Assembly: GCA_028278135.1 (NCBI GenBank)
Contig: JANQEW010000029.1
Coordinates: forward strand, 316,889-340,888
Origin: Rhodospirillales bacterium
Lineage (GTDB): Bacteria; Pseudomonadota; Alphaproteobacteria; Rhodospirillales; Rhodospirillaceae
DNA length: 24,000 bases
Reading direction: 5' to 3'
Of this stretch, positions 1 to 7,644 are shown piece after piece (the stretch's first letter is position 1; each line of letters opens with the position of its first letter). A program made the position numbers and the translations under genes. The notes beneath the pieces were generated by a model that had not been told where the DNA came from, did not search any database, and worked only from the letters and a program-made list of their open reading frames with translations.

Positions 1-255
1 CCAGTCTACCCATCGTGTGAGCACAAGTTTGGCATCGGGACGCACAACATACTTGTCAAAGTCAAAAAAGATGCGATCCTGACTCACGGCTAACTCAAAT
101 TCTCCCTGAGGCACTCCGGCAGGTGCAGGGACGGTCGTGGGTCCACCGCTGCTGCTCATATTATTCACTGTGTCTGTCACGCCAGTAGTCTTCCGAGGCG
201 CAGACTCACACGCGGTTATCAATGTGACAGCCGCTAAGACACTTAATAAACGCAT
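1..255 (-). CDS. pal: Peptidoglycan-associated lipoprotein Pal, first 85 codons (3' end lies beyond the window edge)
   Basis: Absent from the ORF track because it is edge-truncated. Hand translation from the ATG at 255 gives MRLLSVLAAVTLITACESAPRKTTG...SQDRIFFDFDKYVVRPDAKLVLTRWVDW. This shows a lipobox (LITAC) followed by the start of an OmpA-like domain. It lies directly downstream of tolB. Confidence 0.85.
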   Translation of the reverse strand, partial: MRLLSVLAAVTLITACESAPRKTTGVTDTVNNMSSSGGPTTVPAPAGVPQGEFELAVSQDRIFFDFDKYVVRPDAKLVLTRWVDW

Positions 256-380
256 TCTCATTAATTGTGCTCCTGACTGAAACGCCGAGCTCAAATGCTG
301 TCTGAGGATACAACACCCATCCCATACCGGCAATCCACTAATTGACCAGAACTGACCAGGCTATATGGTGATTTGAGTGG

Positions 381-1820
381 CTAAAAAATATTTGACAAAG
401 GCTGCAGCGAAAGTAGTGGAGACCAAGACGGATCAGACGCATCTTGCGGCGTCGCGACTAAGCGCTCGTTGTATCCTGTGAGGTCAACGCTGTACAAACG
501 GGTAGACCCACCGCCTCCATGAACATCACGCGCTATCTCACGACAAAACATTAACACCCGGCCATTAGGCGCCCAAGTGGGCGATTCTACGAGAAAACCC
601 TCAGCCAGCTGGCGTTCACCGGAACCGTCTGGCCTCATCACGCCTATATAAAAGCGCCCGCTTTTGAACTTCGTAAAGGCAATCAAATCGCCACGGGGAG
701 ACCAGACAGATGTCGCATAACGACCATCACCAAAACTAATTCTCTGAACGTCAGAACCATCTTTGTTCATCACATAAATCTGCTGTGTCCCACTACGGTC
801 TGAGTTAAAAGTGATCCGCAGACCATCTGCAGAGTACGAGGGAGATGTATCAATGGCTGGATGGTTGGTCAGCTGTCGCACATCGCGCGTACGTAAATCC
901 ATTTCGTAGATATCACTGTTACCCTGTTGCGCCATGCTCATTATCATTCTACTACCATCAGGTGAAAAACAGGGTGCAAATGTCATGCCTGGGAAAGCCC
1001 CCAGTAACTTCCGCTTTCCTGTTTCAATGTCTAATAAATAGAGCTGGGGCACATTACGGAAATAGGACATGTAAGTAATCTCATGCATTGTGGGAGAAAA
1101 GCGTGGCGTGAGTACCAACCACGATCCCTCGCTCAGATAGCGGTGATTTGCACCATCCTGGTCCATAATGGCAAGACGTTTGATGCGGTGCGTAGGCAGC
1201 CCACTTTCCGCAATGTAAGCGACACGAGTATTAAAGTAGCTGTCCTCACCTGTGATATAGGTATAGATAGAATCAGCAATCACATGCGCGACCCTACGCC
1301 AGTGTTCCGTGGACGCAAAAAGAACTTCCTGCACTAATTTCTTTCTGGATGAGAGCTCCCAAAGAGAAAATTCTAATCGAATGTCTCCTTTTTCTCCAAT
1401 ATTTATTTGGCCACTGAGCAGCGCTTGAGTGTTGAGCGCCTTCATGTCGGAAAACATGGGTTGCAGTCTTAGAGAGTCAATTTTTTTCAAAGAGTTGATG
1501 ACAGTTATAGGTCTGAACAAACCTGATCGTTCTAAATCCGCAGAAATGACATTGGCAATGCTATGCCCCAATTGGCTTTCTAGCTTTGATGTGCCCAGTA
1601 GATTGGCAATAGCGATTGGCATCGGCTGCGTGTAACCACGACTCACGTCGATTGCCAGCTTGGCAATGACCGTGTCCTGTATACAAAAAAAGAGAATGAT
1701 AGCCAGTCCAAGACTCCTTAAAAGAAGGATCCACGTGGACGGGCTTAACGAAAGGCGTAAATATCCCCCTCCCCATTGGGAGGGGACTTCTTGTTTCATC
1801 ACCGGAAAGAACTTAACCAT
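381..1820 (-). CDS. tolB: Tol-Pal system periplasmic beta-propeller protein TolB
   Basis: The 479-aa ORF has a hydrophobic signal-like segment ([24 protein letters not shown]). The mature N-terminus is TolB-like ([21 protein letters not shown]) and is followed by repeated beta-propeller motifs (SPDG, SWSP). pal lies downstream. The start is uncertain: ATG 1820, ATG 1799 or a later non-canonical start (see findings). Confidence 0.9.
   Translation of the reverse strand: MVKFFPVMKQEVPSQWGGGYLRLSLSPSTWILLLRSLGLAIILFFCIQDTVIAKLAIDVSRGYTQPMPIAIANLLGTSKLESQLGHSIANVISADLERSGLFRPITVINSLKKIDSLRLQPMFSDMKALNTQALLSGQINIGEKGDIRLEFSLWELSSRKKLVQEVLFASTEHWRRVAHVIADSIYTYITGEDSYFNTRVAYIAESGLPTHRIKRLAIMDQDGANHRYLSEGSWLVLTPRFSPTMHEITYMSYFRNVPQLYLLDIETGKRKLLGAFPGMTFAPCFSPDGSRMIMSMAQQGNSDIYEMDLRTRDVRQLTNHPAIDTSPSYSADGLRITFNSDRSGTQQIYVMNKDGSDVQRISFGDGRYATSVWSPRGDLIAFTKFKSGRFYIGVMRPDGSGERQLAEGFLVESPTWAPNGRVLMFCREIARDVHGGGGSTRLYSVDLTGYNERLVATPQDASDPSWSPLLSLQPLSNIF
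1766..1785 (-). other. Perfect 8-bp GC-rich hairpin (CCCCTCCC-4 nt-GGGAGGGG) in the annotated tolB 5' end
   Basis: Read directly: 1766-1773 pairs with 1778-1785 around a 4-nt loop. In mRNA sense it is followed by GAUAUUUACGCCUUUCG. Confidence 0.9.
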
Positions 1821-1932
1821 AGAGAAGATGTTTTATTTTCACTGGAGTGAGCCTCCTTTCATGTTGACAGTGCTCCCTGGCGCAAATGGGTATCACACCA
1901 TTACTTATGATATCATCTCATGAAGTACTTAA

Positions 1933-2991
1933 CTATTTTTCCTCTCGCAATGCTGTCTCTCCCAACATTGTCGCGGGAATCTGTAATCCCAGATAGCGGA
2001 AGCCAGCGGCAGACAGAAGACGCCCTCGGGACGTCCTGCGCAGTAATCCGCGTTGTAAAAGAAATGGTTCTACAACTTCTTCAAGAGTTTCCCGCCGCTC
2101 GGACAATGTTGCAGCCAGTGTACTCCCCCCTACTGGCCCGCCGCCGTAATGCTCGGCTAGGCAATACAGATAGCGACGATCGAGAGAATCCAGTCCAAGA
2201 CTATCCACGTCTAGTCTAGACAACGCATCATTGGCAACTTTCACATCGACTGGCCACGTATCAGTGACAGCGGCAAAGTCGCGGATTCTCCGTAGAAGAT
2301 GTCCTGCCACGCGGGGCGTGCCTCGCGACCTTTGAGCAATGGTTATCGCACCGGCAGCTGTGATATCCATTCTGAGTACCCGTGCTGCACGCTGAATAAT
2401 TTTTGCGATATCTTTATAAGGGTAATAGTCTAGTCTTAGCTGAATACTAAAGCGGTCGCGTAAAGGTGTACTCAAGAGACCTGTGCTGGTCGTTGCACCG
2501 ATGAGGGTAAATGGTTGCAGGTCAATGCGGATGGAGCGAGCCGCAGGTCCATCGCCAATGATCAGATCGAGCTGAAAGTCCTCCATTGCTGTGTAAAGGA
2601 CCTCCTCGACATTGATGGGTAGGCGATGAATTTCGTCTATGAACAGGACGTCGTGTTGTTCCAAGTTTGTCAGAAGAGCGGCCAAGTCACCTGCCCTGGC
2701 AATCATCGGACCAGAAGTCAGACGTAAATGTACTCCCAGCTCGCGAGCGATAATCTGAGCAAGGGTGGTCTTACCAAGCCCAGGTGGCCCTGACAGAAGC
2801 ACATGATCCAAGGACTCGTGACGCGTGCGCGCCGCAGTAACAAATATCACAAGATTCTTGCACACTGTTTCCTGGCCGATAAAGTCTTCTAGCGTCAGTG
2901 GACGGAGAGATCTCTCGACAGCCTCATATGATTTTGACAAGCTCCTCTCTGAGCTCTCTGAGCGCCCTTTTTCATTCCAAACACGTGCCAT
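1933..2991 (-). CDS. ruvB: Holliday junction branch migration helicase RuvB
   Basis: Walker A motif [17 protein letters not shown], and an RuvB-type N-terminus [14 protein letters not shown] prefer the ATG at 2991 (MARVWNE...) because AAGGAG (3006-3001) sits 9 nt upstream. The track start at 3021 is a GTG. Confidence 0.93.
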   Translation of the reverse strand: MARVWNEKGRSESSERSLSKSYEAVERSLRPLTLEDFIGQETVCKNLVIFVTAARTRHESLDHVLLSGPPGLGKTTLAQIIARELGVHLRLTSGPMIARAGDLAALLTNLEQHDVLFIDEIHRLPINVEEVLYTAMEDFQLDLIIGDGPAARSIRIDLQPFTLIGATTSTGLLSTPLRDRFSIQLRLDYYPYKDIAKIIQRAARVLRMDITAAGAITIAQRSRGTPRVAGHLLRRIRDFAAVTDTWPVDVKVANDALSRLDVDSLGLDSLDRRYLYCLAEHYGGGPVGGSTLAATLSERRETLEEVVEPFLLQRGLLRRTSRGRLLSAAGFRYLGLQIPATMLGETALREEK

Positions 2992-2995
2992 AGAC

Positions 2996-3628
2996 TTACT
3001 CTCCTTTTTTTTGTACGGCACGTGCCCGTAATGCGACCCGCAGAATCATGCCAAGATCTGGCGACACCTGTGGAATCTCACGTTCTAGCGTATCTTCAGC
3101 ATGCGCTACCATGACATGTGCTTCCGCACGAGGGAATCCCAGGTTTATCAAGGCTGAAACAGCATCGACGGTCACTGATGGCGGAGAAAAAACTGAAAAA
3201 TTATAATTTTTATTATTATGTGCTATTTTATCTACTTTATTATGCAATTCTGTTATTAAACGAGTAGCTATACGGGTATTTATACCATGTATACTTGTTA
3301 ATATTGCTTTATTCTGTGTGGCTAAGGCTTGCGCTAATTGTTCCGGCGCGAGGGCTGACAGTAGCTGCAACGCCACGCGTGCGCCTACCCCCTGCACAGT
3401 CGTCAAAAGACGGAATAATTTTCTCTCAGTATGGTCAAAAAAGCCGTACAGAGTGATGGCGTCTGTACGGACAGTAGTTTCCACATACAGAACAACTGTC
3501 GTGCCTTGCACAGGTAAGCGAGCAAGCGTTCTATCGGAACAATGAACCATATAGCCGACGTCATGTACATCGAGAATGACCCACTTGTCACCGCGTGACG
3601 CCACAGCGCCCTGGAGACGGGCAATCAC
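2996..3628 (-). CDS. ruvA: Holliday junction DNA-binding protein RuvA
   Basis: The conserved RuvA N-terminus (M)IARLQG begins at the GTG at 3628. An HhH region ([16 protein letters not shown]) is present. The track's 5' extension to 3718 lies inside ruvC. The GTG overlaps the ruvC TGA as GTGA. Confidence 0.88.
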   Translation of the reverse strand: MIARLQGAVASRGDKWVILDVHDVGYMVHCSDRTLARLPVQGTTVVLYVETTVRTDAITLYGFFDHTERKLFRLLTTVQGVGARVALQLLSALAPEQLAQALATQNKAILTSIHGINTRIATRLITELHNKVDKIAHNNKNYNFSVFSPPSVTVDAVSALINLGFPRAEAHVMVAHAEDTLEREIPQVSPDLGMILRVALRARAVQKKGE

Positions 3629-4176
3629 GATTCTGGCTCCCCAGCTGCTCCGTCTGAATTGAACATGCGTCCCTGAGCCGTAAGCCGGAGAGACGTCGTG
3701 CGATAATGGGCGTGACAAATGGCTACGGCTAGGGCATCTGTTGCATCATCAGTGTTATGATGCCGTCGTCCGGGTCCGGGCCCATGCAAAAGCCTACAGA
3801 CCATTAGTGCCACCTGGACTTTGTTTGCATGGCCGGTTCCTACAACAGTCTTTTTGATCAGAGTAGGCTCATACTCGCTGACAGATAGGCCAACCCTGGC
3901 TGGGACAAGAAGGACAACTCCACGTGCATGGCACAGTTTCACTGTGGCAATGGGATTGTTATTCACAAACACTGTCTCAACCGCTGCCTCATCTGGACAA
4001 TAGTGAGCAATGGTCTCCGCTACACCGTCATGAATCTGGACTAATCGTTCGGCAAGCGATAGACGGTCTTTGGAAGAGATCACACCAGCTGCTATATAGC
4101 GCAGCCGATTTCCCTTAGCCTCTATGAGACCCCAACCTGTCCTCCGCAAACCTGGATCCAGTCCTAAGAGTTTCAT
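3625..4176 (-). CDS. ruvC: Crossover junction endodeoxyribonuclease RuvC
   Basis: N-terminus MKLLGLDPGLRRTGWGLIE, C-terminal DATDALAVAICHA motif, and an AAGGGG Shine-Dalgarno just upstream of the ATG. Confidence 0.92.
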   Translation of the reverse strand: MKLLGLDPGLRRTGWGLIEAKGNRLRYIAAGVISSKDRLSLAERLVQIHDGVAETIAHYCPDEAAVETVFVNNNPIATVKLCHARGVVLLVPARVGLSVSEYEPTLIKKTVVGTGHANKVQVALMVCRLLHGPGPGRRHHNTDDATDALAVAICHAHYRTTSLRLTAQGRMFNSDGAAGEPES

Positions 4177-4230
4177 CCACCCCTTGGATCAACAGATCGC
4201 ACTCGCCATTCTCTCCTGACTGACGCAAGT

Positions 4231-4260
4231 GGAGGCCTCACAATAGGAGGCCTCACAATA
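4231..4260. repeat. Perfect 15-bp tandem duplication (GGAGGCCTCACAATA x2), each copy carrying the 8-bp palindrome GAGGCCTC
   Basis: Read directly: 4231-4245 equals 4246-4260. It is followed by ATTGTG, the inverted complement of CACAAT. It lies in the yebC-ruvC spacer. Confidence 0.95.
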
Positions 4261-4272
4261 ATTGTGCGCTCT

Positions 4273-5055
4273 CTAAACTCTGAGGGTATGGCCCTCTCTT
4301 GGGAGAGACAAGCGCTTAGTGAGAGGCTTGGGAATATTACAATTAGCGGCAACATACTGCACGTCTTCATTGTCTTCCAAACTCTTAAGAAATCTGAGTA
4401 GGGTTAGGGCGGTGCGTTCTTCTTTCACGGGAACAGTCATCAAAGGCCGCCATTCTAGCCGCACCAAGTCAGGCACGCAGCACAAACGGCGTTCTAGGGC
4501 CTCTCGGACGAGGCCGAGATTCTCGGGAGCACAAGAAATCTTGTGGCCGTTTTCCCCAGAGTGCACATCGCTCGCACCTACATCAATAGCAATGTCGAAG
4601 ATGGAATCGGCTGAAGCAACAGATTTTGGATAGTGGAATGTACCAATACGTTCAAAATGAAAAGTCACACTGTTAGTCTCTACCAATGTAAAGCCATTCT
4701 TGATAAAGATAGCACGCATTTCACTAGTAGTACGATTGCGATTATCTGTAAGTGACTCTACAATTACAGCAATATTGCCAGGCCCGTACCCCTCGTAGCG
4801 AATCTCCTCATAAGGCAACCCACCACTCATCGCACTGACTCTTCTGAGAGAACGTTCAATTCGGTCTTTCGGCATATTCTGGCTACGAGCTGTCTGAATG
4901 GCGACACGCAAGCGTGCATTGAACTCTGGTTGTGGAGGTCCTGTCTCACAAGCAACTATAATGTCCCGTGCCAGCTTAGCAAACGTCCTTGCCCGCTTGC
5001 TGTCCATGGCTTTCTTACGGGACATGATATTCTTAAACTGCGAATGACCTGCCAT
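4273..5055 (-). CDS. yebC: YebC/PmpR (TACO1) family protein
   Basis: The family-typical N-terminus MAGHSQFKNIMSRKK starts at the ATG at 5055; the track start at 5070 is a TTG. The conserved yebC-ruvC adjacency is present. Confidence 0.9.
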   Translation of the reverse strand: MAGHSQFKNIMSRKKAMDSKRARTFAKLARDIIVACETGPPQPEFNARLRVAIQTARSQNMPKDRIERSLRRVSAMSGGLPYEEIRYEGYGPGNIAVIVESLTDNRNRTTSEMRAIFIKNGFTLVETNSVTFHFERIGTFHYPKSVASADSIFDIAIDVGASDVHSGENGHKISCAPENLGLVREALERRLCCVPDLVRLEWRPLMTVPVKEERTALTLLRFLKSLEDNEDVQYVAANCNIPKPLTKRLSLPREGHTLRV

Positions 5056-5077
5056 GATGTTAAAATCCAATCTCTAT

Positions 5078-5095
5078 CCTAGCCTACCTAGCCTA
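5078..5095. repeat. Perfect 9-bp tandem duplication (CCTAGCCTA x2) followed by GCTAGG
   Basis: Read directly in the spacer between the YmdB-like gene stop and the yebC start. Confidence 0.9.
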
Positions 5096-5139
5096 GCTAG
5101 GGCATACAGCCAAGAGAGGCATCCATTGTCTGCGGCGTC

Positions 5140-5961
5140 TTATTGATCACCCGGAAGTAGGGCAGGCTGTAAACGACCGCCAATCCGCAAGGGATAAATG
5201 ACTCTTGCATGTCCATTAATCTCATCAGTCTCTACATAGACTCCACATAAGGTACCTTCGCCTCCCGCTGGCTGCAACCTTTCAGTCGGCATTTTGCGAG
5301 TAAAACGAAGCAAAGGCTGCTCTTTCACAAGCCCAATCACTGAATTGTAATCACCACACATGCCAGCATCGGTTTGATAGGCAGTGCCATGGGGTAGAAT
5401 CTGAGCATCAGCTGTCGGTACATGGGTATGGCTCCCAACTACCAGTGAGGCACGGCCGTCGACGAAATGGCCTAGAGCCATTTTCTCACTAGTGGCCTCA
5501 CCATGGACATCGACAATGATGACATTGACTTTCTGGCCTAGAGAATACTGCTTGAGCAAAGCATCAAGGGCCGCGAACGGATCATCAAGCGTGTCCATAA
5601 ACAATCTTCCCATGACCTGAGCAACAAGAATCTTGCGATTCCCTAGCGCGGAATAGACAACGGCACCACGCCCAGGCGTTCCCGCTGGATAATTCAAAGG
5701 TCGCAGAAGACGGACTTCTTTATCGATATAAGGAATGATTTCACGCTGATCCCAGGCGTGATTACCAAGCGTAATAACGTCTACGCCGGCCCTGTAAAAA
5801 GCATCACATGTTTTAGAAGTGATTCCAAATCCATGAGTTGCATTTTCTCCATTAATTACTACAAAATCTAGCCGTAGCCGCACCCGCAGCGCGGGCACAT
5901 ATTCTAGAATTACCTGCCGACCAGAAGCGCCGACAACGTCACCACAGTAGAGAATCCTCAT
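5140..5961 (-). CDS. YmdB-like metallophosphoesterase (2',3'-cyclic-nucleotide phosphodiesterase family)
   Basis: MRILYCGDVVGASGRQ...DFVVINGENATHGFGIT...GNHAWD...DVHGEATSEK...GSHTHV is the YmdB-family calcineurin-like motif set. The ATG at 5961 overlaps the upstream TGA as ATGA. The track's longer start at 6051 adds a non-conserved leader. Confidence 0.85.
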   Translation of the reverse strand: MRILYCGDVVGASGRQVILEYVPALRVRLRLDFVVINGENATHGFGITSKTCDAFYRAGVDVITLGNHAWDQREIIPYIDKEVRLLRPLNYPAGTPGRGAVVYSALGNRKILVAQVMGRLFMDTLDDPFAALDALLKQYSLGQKVNVIIVDVHGEATSEKMALGHFVDGRASLVVGSHTHVPTADAQILPHGTAYQTDAGMCGDYNSVIGLVKEQPLLRFTRKMPTERLQPAGGEGTLCGVYVETDEINGHARVIYPLRIGGRLQPALLPGDQ

Positions 5962-6665
5962 CGTCTTTTTACCATTCTCTGTTTGACTCGTAGTGGCGCT
6001 GAGACGAAACGCCGTGGCTGACTCGTATACCACCGATGCCACCCACACCACATCAGATCCATCGCAATATCGTGGCGATGACGTGGTACATGGGGAATCT
6101 CCTGGTCAGCAAAGGCAATACCTATGGCAACGATTTTCCGTCTGCGTCGCAGACGCAACCAGGCCAAAGTACGATCATAATAACCTGCCCCGAAACCAAG
6201 ACGAAAACCAGCAGAATCAAAAGCCAGTAATGGCACCAGGATGACATCAGGTATCACTTGCGGTCTTCCAGCCGGCGGATGCAGAGTCCCATAAGGTCCT
6301 CTTTCTAGTTTAAGATGAGGATTACAAATTCTAAATGCTAGCACTGTTTTTTTGACTATCACTGGCAGTGCGGTCCGACAGCCCAGGCATGAGAGGCGCC
6401 ATAAAAGTGGGCGGACATCCACTTCACCAGCTATAGGCCAATAACCAGCCACGATTATACCCTTGTGATAACCATAAATATGACGAATTCTACTGAGAAG
6501 TAGCAATGCTGACAGTGCCAAACACCGGGCCAGAACAGGACCATGGGCCGCCGCTAATCTCTGACGGTGCGCGAGCATATAGTGGCGTAACAATTTCTTA
6601 GTCGAAAAAACTGAATCTTTTTTCTTTTTAAGATTATTTTGAAATAGATCGTATGAGGAAATCAT
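5958..6665 (-). CDS. 5-formyltetrahydrofolate cyclo-ligase (MTHFS/YgfA family)
   Basis: The C-terminal two thirds match the family: KKLLR...R..L, PLLAFDSAGFRLGFGAGYYDRTL, HDIAMD. I placed the start at the ATG at 6665. The 342 nt further upstream in the track ORF are antisense to dapD and cross the AT-rich spacer. The start is uncertain (an alternative ATG is at 6734). Confidence 0.75.
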   Translation of the reverse strand: MISSYDLFQNNLKKKKDSVFSTKKLLRHYMLAHRQRLAAAHGPVLARCLALSALLLLSRIRHIYGYHKGIIVAGYWPIAGEVDVRPLLWRLSCLGCRTALPVIVKKTVLAFRICNPHLKLERGPYGTLHPPAGRPQVIPDVILVPLLAFDSAGFRLGFGAGYYDRTLAWLRLRRRRKIVAIGIAFADQEIPHVPRHRHDIAMDLMWCGWHRWYTSQPRRFVSAPLRVKQRMVKRR

Positions 6666-6708
6666 ATCCAATGTTCCAAGTTTTAAACAGATAGATATTA
6701 AAAAAATA

Positions 6709-6732
6709 AGAGATATACTCAGAGATATACTC
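6709..6732. repeat. Perfect 12-bp tandem duplication (AGAGATATACTC x2) in the divergent MTHFS/dapD spacer
   Basis: Read directly: 6709-6720 equals 6721-6732. It is immediately followed by the inverted repeat CTCATTT...AAATGAG (6730-6753), which encloses a TATAAT at 6741-6746. Confidence 0.95.
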
Positions 6733-6777
6733 ATTTTATATATAATAAATGAGTGACATTCACGGAATAAATAAATC

Positions 6778-7644
6778 ATGAATATTGAAAATTTAAAAGA
6801 ATTAAAAGAATTCATTAACATGGCCTGGGAAAGACGTGAACAGATTTCCTCTGTGACTTCTGGTGAAATCCGCTCAGGGATAGAAGTGGTTTTACAAAGA
6901 CTCGACTCTGGTACCCTCCGTGTCGCTGAGAAACATGGTGACACATGGGTAGTGCAGAAGTGGCTTAAAAAAGCCGTGCTACTGTCCTTTCGTCTCAACG
7001 AGAACATTCCTTTGCCTGGAGGTCCCAGGACTCCGATGAAAGGTGAGTACAGCTGGTACGATAAGATTTTGCTTAAGTTTGCTGGCTGGGATGCTAGTGA
7101 TTTTCAGAAAGCAGGCATTCGCGCTGTGCCGGGATCTTTTGTACGCTGGTCGGCTTATGTGGCACCAGGTGTCATCCTCATGCCATGTTTCATTAATGTG
7201 GGAGCACGCGTGGAGAGCGGGAGCATGATAGATACCTGGGCGACGGTAGGAAGCTGTGCCCAAGTTGGCCGGAATGTCCATCTTTCAGGAGGAGTAGGCA
7301 TCGGCGGCGTGCTCGAGCCGTTGCAAGCGACACCGGTTATTATTGAGGATGACTGTTTCATTGGTGCTAGAGCGGAAGTGGCCGAAGGTGTGGTTGTTGA
7401 ACGTGGATCAGTACTCTCTATGGGTGTGTGTTTAGGTGCTTCAACTCCTATAGTAGATAGAGAAAGCGGTGTAACTCTCTATGGTAGAGTCCCCGCTGGG
7501 TCAGTGGTGGTGCCAGGTACGCTGCCGGGCAAGCCTTTACCAGATGGTAACACAGGACCCGGCTTATACTGTGTTGTCATTGTGAAAAAGGTAGATGAAA
7601 AGACTCGTGCAAAGGTCTCAATCAACGAATTGTTGCGCACATGA
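6778..7644 (+). CDS. dapD: 2,3,4,5-tetrahydropyridine-2,6-dicarboxylate N-succinyltransferase DapD
   Basis: [11 protein letters not shown]...[12 protein letters not shown], followed by hexapeptide-repeat left-handed beta-helix sequence. Length 288 aa. dapE lies directly downstream. Confidence 0.93.
   Translation: MNIENLKELKEFINMAWERREQISSVTSGEIRSGIEVVLQRLDSGTLRVAEKHGDTWVVQKWLKKAVLLSFRLNENIPLPGGPRTPMKGEYSWYDKILLKFAGWDASDFQKAGIRAVPGSFVRWSAYVAPGVILMPCFINVGARVESGSMIDTWATVGSCAQVGRNVHLSGGVGIGGVLEPLQATPVIIEDDCFIGARAEVAEGVVVERGSVLSMGVCLGASTPIVDRESGVTLYGRVPAGSVVVPGTLPGKPLPDGNTGPGLYCVVIVKKVDEKTRAKVSINELLRT

Noticed and set aside
845-1776. Several 60-90-aa ORFs overlapping tolB: plus-strand 845-1078, 1083-1337 and 1429-1635, and minus-strand 1561-1776 in an alternative frame
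   Set aside because: They lie entirely inside a well-supported gene. They have no recognisable motifs or ribosome-binding sites. They are typical shadow frames.
1864-1869. TTGACA on the plus strand in the ruvB-tolB spacer as a promoter -35 element
   Set aside because: It faces the wrong direction for any real gene, since only antisense ORFs follow. The nearest -10-like hexamer (TATCAC) is 21 nt away, which is too far.
3181-3300. AT-rich patch in ruvA as an inserted mobile or foreign element
   Set aside because: The reading frame is intact. The encoded HhH motif is conserved RuvA sequence. The protein has normal length and no flanking repeats are present.
3629-3718. N-terminal extension of the ruvA track ORF (MSRPLSHDV...)
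   Set aside because: It lies wholly inside the ruvC 3' end. The conserved RuvA N-terminus (M)IARLQG begins at the GTG at 3628.
4231-4260. Possibility that the tandem repeats (here and at 6709, 18278 and elsewhere) are CRISPR or minisatellite arrays
   Set aside because: There are only two or three copies with no unique spacers. The units are 9-15 bp, far shorter than CRISPR repeats, and there are no cas genes.
4173-4370. 65-aa minus-strand ORF spanning the yebC-ruvC spacer
   Set aside because: It overlaps the yebC 3' end in another frame and runs through the tandem repeat. It has no Shine-Dalgarno and a low-complexity, repeat-derived sequence (IVRPPIVRPP).
6666-7007. 5' extension of the 349-aa track ORF upstream of the MTHFS domain
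   Set aside because: It is antisense to the confidently called dapD 5' end and crosses the AT-rich promoter spacer. The sequence is low-complexity (SISLSISLIFLISI) and has no homology signal. MTHFS proteins are about 190-240 aa.
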